Of a stretch of 64,000 nt of DNA, positions 11,181 to 26,683 are shown in pieces (the first letter of the stretch is position 1; every line of letters starts with the position of its first letter). The stretch lies in assembly GCF_009914755.1 (NCBI RefSeq), contig NC_060947.1, one strand, 5' to 3'. A model generated the notes under the pieces. It was not told the origin of the DNA. It did not search any database and saw only the letters and a program-made list of their open reading frames with translations. The translations under genes and the position numbers were made by a program. The stretch comes from the human T2T-CHM13v2.0 reference genome, Homo sapiens.

Positions 11181-14100
11181 CAAATATACACACTTACAAA
11201 GCAGAGCAGTGTATTGGAAGACACATGGGTCTTCCCCATTTCCAGTGGAACTATCTACAATATCATTCAATGAAGTGATGAGTTGCCAAACTCCTAGTTA
11301 CTTTGTCCTGTTATCTAATACACCTACAGAGCCCACTTGTAATCAATTGATTTATTTTGCATTATTACTATTTGTGTTATCACTTTCAGGAGATAGGAAA
11401 CAAAACTGCTTTTACACATCTGATCACCAGTGACATATTTTGATACTCTTATTTCAGCACAGAATAGGGCAAACAGACAGGGTACCAGCTCTGTGCCCTC
11501 CAATCGTCTTTCCATCTCCTGGGTTCAGTTTCACATCAGAGAAGGTATATGATATGTGTTTACTGAATGGATGAATAAATGAATGTGAAATGGGGATAAT
11601 AATAACACTCAGCTTAAAGCAATTTTGTGGAGAGTAAATGAGAAGATTCATGAATTTAGCACTACACCTGGATCATAGCAGTAAGGGTTTCAATAAATGT
11701 TAGCTCCCTCTCTCTTTCCTGCTCCCTCTCCCAGGCATCCATACAGCCTCACCACCTTTCAGGCAGCCCTGTTAAAATTGCTGGAGCAAATATTTCATTT
11801 CAGGCTGTCTTCCCTCAGCACCTCTAGAGACTGCCTCCCACGCAGCTGGTATGTGCATTCAGACGGCAAGTGACTCAGGGACAGTGTCAACAGGGTGATG
11901 AAAACTGTGACAAGAGAAAAGGGTAGTCTGAAGGCAGAAATAACTACTGTGAATCCAAGTGTTCATTGATCATTGTTCTTATCAGGCTGAGAAGTTGCAC
12001 TTTGGGTGATAGGAGGTTTTGCTGAAAATGAATTTGTTAGAATATTTCAAGGTTCGTACTCATTTAGATACTTAGACAAAGAAATCCCAGCAGGAAGCAA
12101 TCCTGATAATTTACACACAGCACCAGGGGTTGTGAACTAGGTTTCAGATTTCCTTGAGAGCTGATATGTGCTCAGTGATGTATTAAGAAAATAGAGGATA
12201 TGGGAGTAGCTGCTCCTGCCACAGAGGACCCTCATGGCCCACACCATGCCAGTGAAAAGTAGTTTTATTCTGATCCTCCTGGCCTTTGCAGCTTCTCCAA
12301 GACATGCTTCATCCTCACATTTTACTTGCATTTTTGACTGTCTCTGTGTCATAGCTGAAGTTTTTTCTCTCCTCTTCCTTGCCTTCCCTGCTTTCTTTTG
12401 TGAACTCCCTTCCTTCAGGGTTGTTGATTTTCCCCTTTCTACCGCACCATCTATTTTCCCATGCCTGATGTGGCCTCCAATTTGATCTGCCAGATTACCC
12501 CAATTATCTCATCCAACTGAAAGAGTTTTCAGCTAGGAAGATCATTTGAGAAAATAAAACTTCCCAAGAGTTTGAGCTGCAGAAAATGAAAATGGGCTTC
12601 CTAGACAGGTTGCAAGGTCTAGTTCACAGAATATAAAAACAGAATCTGTGGCCCATTGATGAAGATGTTGGAGAAGGGGTTTTAGTATCTGATGAAGCTC
12701 CTTAAGAATTCTGAGATTCTACAATGTTAGCAACATCAGCCCTCTCATTTTACAGATGAGAAAATTAAGGCTAAAGGTTTAAGGAGATGCAATACCTGAA
12801 TAGGTTTCCTGAGTTTTAGTCCAGGACTTTTTCCACTATCACACACTGGCTTCTCAAACCCACTACCAATCTCAATCCCTCTGGAAAGCTCTCCTTGGTT
12901 AAATGAATTTCAGGCTTAATTACATTCTATTTCAAATATACCTTGTCTTGCAAAAAATTCCACCACCACTGAGTCCCACTCACACACCCACAAAGAGGGG
13001 CATTACAACTTTTATGAAAAAATATCTTTGTGCCAAGCTACTAGATGCACAATTGCTAATGAAAATAATCAGAGTTAGAAAAAGTCATCTAGGGAGTTTG
13101 GCTGAGACCCTTCCCCTTTCAGATACTGTCCATAACCCCCTTCTTGATCACTTGTGGTTGCTTAGACAACTAGGCTTGACTGAAACTCTAGGTTGACATT
13201 GCCAAGTTCAATATTATGCAAGATGAAGAAAAACAAAAGGTCAGAGTCTTGCCTTTGGAGAGCTTAGATTCCTGTAGAGAAGATCACACATAGGTGAAAA
13301 AAAGGATTTAAGAGCAAGTACAAGTAAGATGGTAGCAAATAACACAATTGTACGCTTTAAACTGAAACTGTAGGTAAGTGCTTAGAGCACATTAAAGAAA
13401 AAAATTAGGGCTATTTCTCCATCAAATGTTTTTCTTAATAGCTGCTCTGTTGAGAAAAATTGTTCCATCATCATCAACAAACATTGATGAGCACCTTCTC
13501 TGCTGGCTGGGGAGAAGAGGAGGCACCTACATCAGGATAGAGATCTAGGCCATGCATCAGGCAGCAAGTACTCAGGTCCAAGAATGTTCAGGTACACAGG
13601 TATGCAGGGGAGGTGCTGAAATCAGAAATCCCGAGGGCCCGAAGAGAAAGAGAGGGATTTTCTTCAGGATGCTGGTCTCAAAGTGTTCCTTGAAGAATAG
13701 CTAGGAAACAGAGAGGGCAAAATTATGCTAGGTTGAGGAAACAATATGGAAAGGACGTTTCGTTTACTATGAGGTTTTAGGAGCCAACATTGAAGAAAGA
13801 GAAGCCCAATTGTGGAAGACCATGAATAATACATTAAATAAGGATTTGTACTTTATCCTATAGCCACTTGGGTACCATTGAGGATTTTAAAAAGAAAAGG
13901 AGAGGGATAAACTTTACAGAAAGTTTTTAAGAAGTACTCTCTTTACTTTCAGGTGTGGGTTGTTGGTGGTAGTGATGGTAGGGAAATGATCATGTAAGTG
14001 TACAAATGGAACCAAAGCTTGGGGATGTGGATCTCAGGAAGAAGAAATGGATAAAACTGTAGTCCTTGTTTTGATGTATTTAGGAAAAACAACGTACTCC

Positions 14101-14799
14101 ATTTTAAAAACAAAAATCAAAGAATGTTGTTTATTTAAAATCAATATACACGTCTTTAGTGATTTGGGGTATTTGACCTCTTCTTCCAGTTTCATGTTTT
14201 AAAGGAAATACAAGAACAACGTGCATTTTGATTTCTTTTTAAAATTATGCGTAAGTAAAACTGTCTAATATGCCAGTGAGTGTCTTTCCTTCTTTAAACC
14301 TAAATATACTTAAAACACTATTTATTGCCAAATTAACAATTCTACATTAAAGTTAATTTTAAAAAATAAGTTATTGTTCCTGATGATACAACTCTTTGTT
14401 ATTTTTCATGTTCCCTTCCAGACCTAATCCTTATATATAATTTATTTTATACAACTGTTATTACAGTCCTTTATGTAACTGTCACTAAAACCTACATATA
14501 AAATGAAGGAGTTTTAATAGAAAACTAAACCACATAAAAATAAACAAAAATGTTGTAAAATGCAGTTAAAAATAAAAATGCTGTTTTGATACAACTTTGC
14601 TATGCCTCCTCAAACTCTCTCTAAACTACACCTGAAGTCATACGAACTGTTAGAAGGCTCTCATAGTTTACAAGCCTGAGATTTGACATCACTGGACCAT
14701 AAACTGTTGATACTTTTAGGGTCATTATACTTCTCATGAGTAAGTAAAGTGGGCTTTAAGATTTGGTCCCTAATAGTTGTGATACTTATGTAATTATTC

Positions 14800-15050
14800 A
14801 AATAATCATAGTAGTTCCTTTTACTGTATGCCAATGGAATGCCAGGCACTGTGCTAATCAATTTGCATACATTAATTATCTCCTTACGACACCTGAACAG
14901 GATAGCAATTATCCTCATTTTACATAGAAGGAAACTGATGCAAGAAAGGTCAGAAACATACCTAAGATCATGAAGTTAGTTAAGTACCAGAATGGGATTT
15001 CAAATTTAGGTCAGCCCCATTCTTGTGTCTGAACTCTTAACTGATACTCA
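14800..15050 (-). mobile_element. MIR SINE
   Basis: MIR core: tatgcc...aggcactgtgcta...atcctcattttacatagaaggaaactga... Confidence 0.75.
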
Positions 15051-15755
15051 ACTTGCTATTTTCAATTTTGAAGGGGAAAAGAACTATTTTTGTTCCTATT
15101 TAGTGCCTCACCCCCAGCTCCCATGTAACTTTTAGTTTCAGCAGCAGCAACCTACAGAATCCTTGATGGGAGCAATCGGTAGAGTGTGAACAACCCTATG
15201 GCTGACAGACACTAAATATATGAATCCTGAGGAAACTAGGCACACTGGGAAACTGCCTGATCAAACCTTTTGAGGCTTCTACCTAGTAGGAAATTGTTTC
15301 TTCCCCACAATAGTATTGACACCAGGTTCCCAGCTTCTGGGAATCACTTGCTCTCATAATCCATGTCTTCTATTTCTGTATTACAGTAACTGTTGGGGTT
15401 GGGGGATGGGAGTTGGTATGCAATTAAAGCATAGCTTTCATCCCATTAGTCCTTCAACAAATATTTTTTGAGTACCTCATACATACCTGGTACCATAATT
15501 GAGCAACTTTTATCATTCTCATTTGTGTTTATTCAGATGTTTTCTGTTAATTTAATTGGAAGTTTAATTTGTTTTCTCTTCTTGGTTGTTGCTTATTTTT
15601 CTCTACTGTATACTTGAGGAAATGGAAACTTCCTCAGCAGTCTTCTCCTGGGCACTCTGAGCTAACCATGTCAAACACTGTCTGGTTAGTTTCCTAATGG
15701 AGTCATGTCTGAGAAGAAGTCTTCTAAGGTCTCACAATCAGTGCTCTGGGTGGGG

Positions 15756-15932
15756 CAGGGCTAGCTTGCTGGGCATGCAGCTTGTGCAGTCATACAGGGC
15801 CTGAGCCTAGAAAGGCCCTGTACTTTGTAGAATGCTCTGCTGTTGCTGACTTGAAAATCTTAATGACTTTTGAACAAGGTGCCCCACATTTTCATTTTGC
15901 ATGTGGCCTCATAAATTATAAGGTTGGTCTTG
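15756..15932 (+). mobile_element. MER91A-like DNA transposon (hAT-Tip100)
   Basis: cagggctagctt...aatgctctgctgttgc...tttgaacaagg...cacattttcattttgca...ggtcttg, colinear with recalled consensus. Confidence 0.75.
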
Positions 15933-16104
15933 GATGGGCCAATGGCCCAGTGAAGCCAGTGGGAACTGGGATCACACAAATGATCCTTGCCAGCCTTGCC
16001 TAGATCCCCCATTTTGAATTGAAGAAAGATGGGAAGATGAATGGCCAATTCATCTTGTTCAATGTATGTCTGCTCTCCATTGAACAATGTGAACCACCTT
16101 TGAG

Positions 16105-16660
<556 letters not shown>

Positions 16661-16699
16661 GAGTTACCTTATATTTGCAGATTTCCCTGCAGTCAGACA

Positions 16700-16915
16700 T
16701 AATCCAGGTGTAAAAGGATAGAATCAGAAGACATGGGTTAAATGTAAGCTCTAACACTTACTTACACGGTGATATTAATAAATCACTTAATGTCTTTGGA
16801 CCTCACTTTTCTATCTGTAAAATGGAGATAGCGGTGGTCTGCCTTACGTATCTGAAAGAGTGTTTGTGAGACTCAAATGAGATAATGTATTTGAAAACTG
16901 TTGAATGTTATTCAC
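16700..16915 (+). mobile_element. MIR SINE
   Basis: tcacttaa...cctcacttttctatctgtaaaatggagata...tgagactcaaatgagataatgtat. Confidence 0.75.
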
Positions 16916-18769
16916 GCTTTTGAGATCAGTATAATTGTATATTCTTTCTAAAGCCTATGTAAAATAGATTTTAAATTTTTCTATTTAACAGAATAAGTGT
17001 TTGTGATTATAAAATCAAATAAACAACTACAGAAGTTAAGAAATGCACAAAGAAATAGATCAAAAGAAGAAACATAAAACCCTGTAGAGAATGCATGCCA
17101 TTTCTTGCACTGGAAGCTATCAAAGTGATTAACAAACTGCCGTGATATTTTCAAATTCTTATTGCAATTCTCATTATTTAAATAATAATTGGGATCTCAG
17201 GAGCATCATTTTCCAGCTACAAATCTATTGTCTGTCTGCACATTTGCCTAACACTTCAAAAAGTAGAACTGGAAATATTTGAGAGAAATTTGTACCTACT
17301 TGTCTAACTTCCAAATCCCTTGTATTCATCATTCTCCTGTCCTTCTATTTGTTGACAGTTGATATTAAATTCTTGTTTTTGTTTTTAGGAGAGAACAAAA
17401 GAAATGTTTAAAATGGTATGTTTCTCATACGTCAGAAGCTACATCAATCACCTATTCCCCCCTCCCTTTCCTGTCAGCTATGGGAAGTTCACACAGGTAT
17501 AACTTTTATTGAAAGTTGTTGTTGTTGTTGTTGTTTTTAACCAGAGGAGCCTACATCCACCAGAATTACCAGTCACTTCTGTTAACTGGTATGCGGTGAG
17601 CAGTCTAGCCACTTTTAAACGTTGTACTCTCAAATAAGCTTCCTCTAATCCTCCATGGCTGTTCTGACAGTTTTCTGGAAAGTTGGCTCATGCCGTGATG
17701 TATATAGTGAGTTCATTTTTAGGCTCATTTGCCACATTTTTCGAGTAAAATGCATAACGTGAATTCCTAAGTTACAAGCTGGGCTTTGTATCTATTTCTT
17801 TCAAGTCAAGAATTTGCTTCTTGGTTAAAAACATCATATTTCCAAGTTAATAGACATCCAGATGGGCCATATGCTCCTCCAAAAAATTTAGGAGGGGGAT
17901 GCCTCACAACCACTGCTAGGGCTACTTCCTCTCCAGGCAGCTCATTTTGGAAGTGGGCAACCTTGCCTAACTTGTACATAAATGATTTTAGCATCCAAAT
18001 AGTCCATACAAGTTGGTCATGAAGATAGTAAAAAACATTGATTAACCATTTGTGGTTCTATTTTGCTTATCATATACACATGGTTACACAGTGTAAAATT
18101 TAAAGTTAAAAAGCAATTTTACAGTTTCTTGTACTTCATTTCATTTTGTCATATCACTAAAAGCCATTCATAAATGAATCTTCATATTTGTATGGCTTAG
18201 CCTCTGGTCTTACCACAGATCCTGCCTTAGCACTTTGGTTATTAAAAAAATAGGCAATACCCCTCCTGGATTAGTGTCTCTGAGGTGTTTCAGTAGATTT
18301 GTCAAACTTACTTTCCCCCATATGCTCCAAGACTGATAGATTGAAGCTCTTTGAAAGGTGCATATGTGCACAGCCTTAAGTAAAATATACCCCCATTCAC
18401 AACATTAGTGACAAATGGGAAATGGAGTTGAATGATTCCATTTATCTTAAAACTAGCAAAGGGACTCTTTCTGACTGTCTGTGCTCAAATCCCTGAAATA
18501 AAGGCTAATGATGGAAGGGCCAAAAGAATGCACGGTGCTCATGGACTAGATGCTTCCTCCCAAGAGATTGGCTGCCCAAGGTCAATGATAGGGCAGGGTA
18601 TATGTGAATAGTAGGCTCTACTGAAGATGACTTTGGCCCAAGGCAATCCGCTTTTCCTCTCTTGAATTCCATTTCCTCTTCTGTAAAGGCAGAGGGTTGA
18701 GGTCAGCAGAAAAAGTGGGCTTTGATAAGGAGGTGATAGATAAGAGACTGTAGAGAATAGTGGCAAAGA

Positions 18770-19003
18770 GGATGGGCTATGTAGCTAGGTTGCCTGCATT
18801 CAAATTCTGGCTGTGCCATTTACTGGTTGGGTGGCCTTGGGGAAGTTGTACACTCTGTGCTTCAGTTTCCTCTTCCACAGAAATGGGGCAATAATAGTGC
18901 CTACTTCACAGCATTGTAAGAATAAAATGAATTCATACATGCAAAGACTTTAGCACAGTACCTGGCACACTGCAAGTGCCCAATATGTTTCAGCTGTTAT
19001 TAT
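18770..19003 (+). mobile_element. MIR SINE
   Basis: ttcaaattctggctgtgccatttact...cttcagtttcctc...cttagcacagtacctggcaca...agctgttattat. Confidence 0.85.
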
Positions 19004-20225
19004 CAGTGGTCTGTAAGCAAAGAAAGGTCCAGAATTGCTGATTAGGATGATATCTCATTCTGGAGTCCCAGAAAGCCCCACATAGTAGGTCCTTTAGTGC
19101 CTCTCAGCCATCCGACTACTGAACACTGGTCGTTATCCTCTTCACCTGGCTGAGCCATTGATAAATGGAATATTCCCTTCTTTGCCTCCTGATCGTATGA
19201 ACCACACATACCTTACAACTCCCACCCCTTTCACAATGCTTTACCCAAACCACAAGGCACATCCACAGACTCACCATAAAAGTAGGCTCACACATAATAT
19301 TTAGACACATCATTTAAAATACACTCTCTCACACACCCTCCACACCACACACACACAATCAATCTCTGTCTGTCTGTCTCTCCTGCTTCCCCTGTCCCCC
19401 CCGCCGTCCCCCGACCCACAGCCTCTCTTTCTCCACGTCCATGACTTGCCAACATGTAGGTTTAGAACAGTGGGCCAGGCCCAGGTTGTGCCCCAAGAGG
19501 GCCACTTCTTGCACAGTGCTGTATGCCTTGCCTCTCTCCATGAAAATAATGTGCTCTGGCTGGCCTTGCACAATCCTTGTCCAGCTGGCTGGCAAGCAAA
19601 TGAGAATGCCTCACATTAACTGACTGAGCGAGACCTTCATTACCTGGGGTTCAAAGCTCTTCTCTTTCCAACTCTGTATGGGTGCCAAATAACAGAAAGA
19701 GTCCTTTCTTGCATCATGATCTCTGCAATAATTGCTGCCTCAGAGGTCAATGCCATATTACAGCATTAAACATGAGTGACCTGTACTTCCTTGCCTGAGC
19801 CTCTGTGTTGCTTCTGTGACCTGTGTAAAAACTGTGAGCTATTCTAACAAACGTACCATTTTCTTTCATAGTTTGGGGTCCAGGTACTAATTACTGGGTC
19901 AGAAGAACATAGCATAGTTGAAGCTATAACTTATTTTGATATTCTGAATTTTCAGCAACACTGGTTTAGGTCTTAGGACAGCTGCTGAGAATGGTAGGGG
20001 GGCAGGAAAGAGGCTGCTACTTGATGAAAATTCAATTTAAGAAAATGAGTACCTCCCTTTCTAGCTGTAAGTTAACAACAGTGACCATCTCGTCAATATC
20101 ATTAAACCTTTATGGAACACCCTTTAGCCTCAAAGTTTCTTTTCCTCTTTAAAAACTTTTCCTCCCCAGTTACCTGTAAATTGATGCATTATAGCAGTAA
20201 TAGAGATAACAAAATGCTGTAGGAA

Positions 20226-21194
20226 TGAAGGGGTGGGTTGCCCCTCCACACCTGTGGGTGTTTCTCGTAAGGTGGAATGAGAGACTTGGAAAAGAAAAAT
20301 ACACAGAGACAAAGTATAGAGAAAGAAATAAGGGGACCTGGGGTACCAGAGTTCAGCATATGGAGGATCCCACCAGCCTCTGAGTTCCCTTGGTATTTAT
20401 TGATCATTCGTGGGTGTTTCTCCGAGAGAGGGATGTATCAGGGTCACAAGACAGTAGTGGGGAGAGGGTCAGCAGACAAACACGTGAACAAAGGTCTTTG
20501 CATCATAGACAAGGTAAAGGATTAAGTGCTGTGCTTTTAGATATGCATACACATAAACATCTCGATGCTTTACAAAGCAGTATTGCTGTCCACCTGTCCC
20601 ACCTCCAGCCCTAAGGCGGTTTTTCCCTATCTCAGTAGATGGAACGTACAATCAGGTTTTATACCGAGACATTCCATTGCCCAGGGACGGGCAGGAGACA
20701 GGTGCCTTCCTCTTGTCTCAACTGCAAAGAAGCATGCCTTCCTCTTATACTAATCCTCCTCAGCACAGACCCTTTACGGGTGTCAGGCTGGGGGATGGTC
20801 AGGTCTTTCCCTTCCCACGAAGCCATATTTCAGACTATCACATGGGGAGAAACCTTGGACAATACCTGGCTTTCCTAGGCAGAGGTCCCTGCGGCCTTCC
20901 GCAGTGTTTGTGTCCCTGGGTACTTGAGATTAGGGAGTGGTGATGACTCTTAAGGAGCATGCTGCCTTCAAGCATCTGTTTAACAAAGCACATCCTGCAC
21001 AGCCCTTAATCCATTTAACCCTGAGTCGACACAGCACATGTTTCAGGGAGCACGGGGTTGGGGGTAAGGTCATAGATTAACAGAATCTCAAGGCAGAAGA
21101 ATTTTTCTTAGTACAGAACAAAATGGAGTCTCCTATGTCTACTTCTTTCTATACAGACACAGTAACAGTCTGATCTCTCTTGCTTTCCCCCACA
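20226..21194 (-). mobile_element. HERV-K(HML-2) solo LTR, LTR5_Hs type
   Basis: 969 bp; TG...CA termini on -; TATAAAA at 20657-20663 and AATAAA at 20396-20401 (both -); perfect 5-bp TSD aggaa (20221-20225, 21195-21199); no PBS or internal sequence. Confidence 0.96.
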
Positions 21195-21614
21195 AGGAAA
21201 ATCACCAACTTCCACTCAGCCACAATCCTTCTGTGAGACCTCATGGAAGATACTTTGCTTTTTCTCCCGGGTGGCAGTTTCTCCACTAGCTATGTTATGT
21301 TTTTAGGCCATGTTTTTGAACTTCCTCTTTGGTGGGTAGCCTGAGATGATCATTGAAGGCATACACACTTATTTCCAACACCAGAAGAGATTACGTCTTG
21401 AGTCTAAAAAGTACCCCTGACATAGGAGGTGCCTCCATACCTGTAAGCATTCCCAGAAGCCAACAGGATTGCGTGGATCAGAACATTGAGTAAGGCAACA
21501 TGGCTTAAACCCTTTGCTGTTCATAGTTGGAAAGCAGCTTCCAAGGAAGCAGATCTCAATTTCTTCTACAGCTGAAGACACCTGAAGGCTGAAGCAGGAC
21601 TAAAGAGCCCAGAG

Positions 21615-21800
21615 ACAGCATGGTGTGTTAGGAGAGAACTGGCCTTGCACTTGGAGGACCCAGCTTCTGGTCCTGCTATGCGACCCACTTGCTTGGTGAC
21701 CAACTTATGTCTCCTCTCAGGACGCTTGTTTTTCCATGTTTCAAAAGGGGAAATTGGACTAGATGGTCTCTAAGGTCTCTTCCAGTGTTGATATTTGATT
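21615..21800 (+). mobile_element. MIR3 SINE
   Basis: MIR3-type 3' end ttggactagatggtctctaaggtctcttccag. Confidence 0.7.
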
Positions 21801-24800
21801 GTTCTCCCCAGGGGTTTCACATAGATCATAACCATTCTAGAGTCACACCCTCTGTCCCCAATCCTGGATCAGTATTTGGTTGCTAAGGGAAACAGGCAAG
21901 CAAAAATGTTTGACAATCCTTAGTGCTATCACCAGTTGCCAAGTACACATCTGTCATGCTGACAGTGTCAGCAGGGTCACTTTTTGTATCTGGATGACAG
22001 AATGGTCATATTATTGCTTGATTTGAAGAAGAGCACCATTGACTATCTGCCGGAAAAAAGCTGTGGGTCCTTTATGACTGCATGATGCACTTCCACTGTT
22101 TAGGAAACTGACTATCCGATCATGTGAACTGACAGATACGGGGCTGTGTTAAATATTAAGTATTGTAGAAATGAAAACTGTTATTAAAGTAGTAAAATGT
22201 TTATCTAGAGAGCAGTGCTGATGAAACACTGTGGTTAGTTCTTGCCCTCTTTGTTAAAATAGGTAATTGATTGTACCATCCACATACCCACGTGAAAATT
22301 ATCCAGCATGTTGTATTTATAAGCTCCTCCCTACCTGAGAGAAAAAATGATAATTATCTAGCCTTTTTGTCCTGGGTCACTTAATTCAGTTTCAGTCCAA
22401 GTTTTTGACCTTCTTTAATAAGAAAATGCCAGATTTTCCATCCCATAATCTGGTTATCTAATACCTTGCTCAGTGATTAAAATTGATTAAAATGAAGAAA
22501 GAGTGCTCTTTTAAAATAAGAAAATGATTGAATTTCTATGGTTTAGGTTGTATTTAAGCAAAGATTGGATTAAATTGATCTGGATTGAATGAAGGACACT
22601 CTAAACAATTCTAAACTTATTGCAACTCTGAATATTGCTTTCTGGAATGCCTCAGCACAAAATGTCACTGTCACTTTTGTTTCATAAACACATATATCTT
22701 TTAATGCATAGATAATGCACTTTTTAGAGGCGTTTAAAACATACACATTTGCATAGATATTCATTCACAACTGTTTTCACTAAACCAAAATAGAAAAGAC
22801 TTAGCTGACTTTTAAGCACTTGCATTTTCCAGTTTGAATACAGAGAATTATGACTTTGGAGATCTCCATTTACATAACCAAGAGGTGGCAGTATTACATC
22901 CATTATGTATTCACTGCACCATGTATCATTTAATGATAAAAAGTGAAATGTGTAAATAAAAATATGTAACAAATACTTCTGTCCTTTATAAATGTCTGCA
23001 TCGCTAAAAACCATTAAAGTGTAATGTTTCCTTGTAAACAACAATAACCTTCCCAAAAAAATCAAAGCTAGGAACCACAGTTTATTACCGCTAGTGAGTT
23101 TATTGCAGCTCCAAGAATCCATACACATCTACTTCAGTAATCACTTGTTTTCTGGTAAAACATTCACCTCCTTCCCAAATATATATATATATATACAAAT
23201 CAATTTCTAAAAAAGCAATCAATCACAAGATGCCCCAAAGTAAGACCCTCTGTTTCTATATAAGAAACAATTTAGAAAAAAAGTAAGTAAAAGAGTTAAA
23301 TATGGATAAACATCATCTTATTAACTGATTATTACTATTAAAATAACTATTTGGAATCAAACATTTTTGGTTACCTTCCAAGATTGTTGAGCATCTTGGA
23401 AGATTGAGCATCTACTATGTTATAACATGTCACTTGTGTTATGATCCAAGTAAGTTTTATCTAAGCTACCTAATCTTTTCTGTTTTATTTTTGGTCTTCT
23501 ATTTCTAACCAGTCTTGGAGATAAAAAAAAAAAAAAACAATAGCAGAAGGAAAAACTACGTAAAACTTGAATCTGTTGAATCACCAGTTTATTATAAAAC
23601 TATCCTCAGTAAAAATCAATACCACAAATACATCTGAGCAATGAAGTATTGGTATTTGGAATAGAAATTCTTAGAAAAATAGTTTAAATAGAAACTGAGC
23701 ACTTTACATTTGGCCTTGTGGAAAGTTGGGTTACTCATAAGGAAATATGATGTTATTTTAAACCATGAACTGCATTGTATAAGATTTCTAAAGATCCATC
23801 ATCCCCGGAACTAAGCCATTTGAGTGTTGGGAAATATTTTTATGTTATTTAGATGCTTATGCTACTGATTAGAATCAGTGCATATCCTAACTGTATAAGA
23901 ATGTTTGTTGTACAGGGTCTAAAATTTATCTGAAAAGCTTTTATAGGGCACTTAGATTATCAATATCAAACTAAAATATTTATAGCTCTCAATTTCAAAG
24001 AAGGTATTATATAGTTATGAGATTAACAGTTCTAATTGTGGACACTTGAATATTTTAAATATGTCCCTTTTATTTCTTTTTTTAGATCTCATTTAAAATC
24101 AGAAATTGTGGTTGTAATGGAGAGAATTGGGCATTTTTTTCATATATGGAATAAACAGCAAACACATTCTCAATGAGTTTAGACTGAACATCTAGTTTGA
24201 GAAAATTTGATTTATGGACAGGAGTCAAAGTTTACCTGTGAAGATAATGAAATAGCATGACAGAAAAGAGTGGTGTTGTGCCAATGGCCAAAAGAGTAGA
24301 TCAGAGATTACCTTCCAATGATTTCAAAGTGGGCAAGGGTTTTAATTACTGAAGGTGGAAGGGGAATTAATGTAATTATTGTAATCACTCCTAAGAAATC
24401 TTCTAGTTTCACCACACTGTGGAATAATTTTAAGTTTATAATTCATTCTTAATCAAATTTGATGCATTATATTGCCATCTCCCACAATGTTAAAATAAAA
24501 ATGTATTTTAATGTTTTAATTAAATTTACATTTTTTCTATGTATGAATTATGTGGTTGTATTACAATATTTGATACTTCATCAAACTCTCACCTTCCTCT
24601 GTGTACAGGTACTCCTGTCACGTTTTCAGATTCTTTCCCATGCCTCTATTTTCCTTCCTCAATAAAATATTCATTCCAGGGAAAGATGTTGGTTGGTCAG
24701 GAAGAGGAGGAAGCAACAAGATATCAACATTTACTTCGTTACTTAAAACATACCAGGTGCTTTGCTAAGAGCTTTGTACTGATTATCCTGTGTAATCTTC

Positions 24801-25070
24801 ACAACAACCATTTCAGGTAGGAACTGTTATTATCCTTATATGACAAAAGGGAAAACCAGAGATGTGAACTGACTTGCCCAAAGTCAAACAGCTGGTAAGC
24901 AGCAAAGATACAACACAATTCCACTTACAGGAGGCAACATCACCAACAACAACAATAATAGCTCCCGTTTATTGAACTGCATTATGTGTTAAGCACCATG
25001 CTAAGCATTTTACAAACATCAGTTCATTTAATCCTCACAACAGTCCTCATGAAACAGGGGCTAATCATTT

Positions 25071-26683
<1,613 letters not shown>

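Noticed and set aside
17478-17496. 19-nt exon candidate downstream of the 27-nt candidate
   Set aside because: The donor is weak (GTATAA) and the implied intron is only 62 nt, shorter than typical human introns.
20639-20943. Near-identical small ORFs also at 58159-58435, resembling paralogous genes
   Set aside because: They are antisense frames within the two homologous LTR5 copies.
24086-24155. Acceptor plus AATAAA as a terminal exon
   Set aside because: Both signals are common by chance in AT-rich sequence, and there is no other support.
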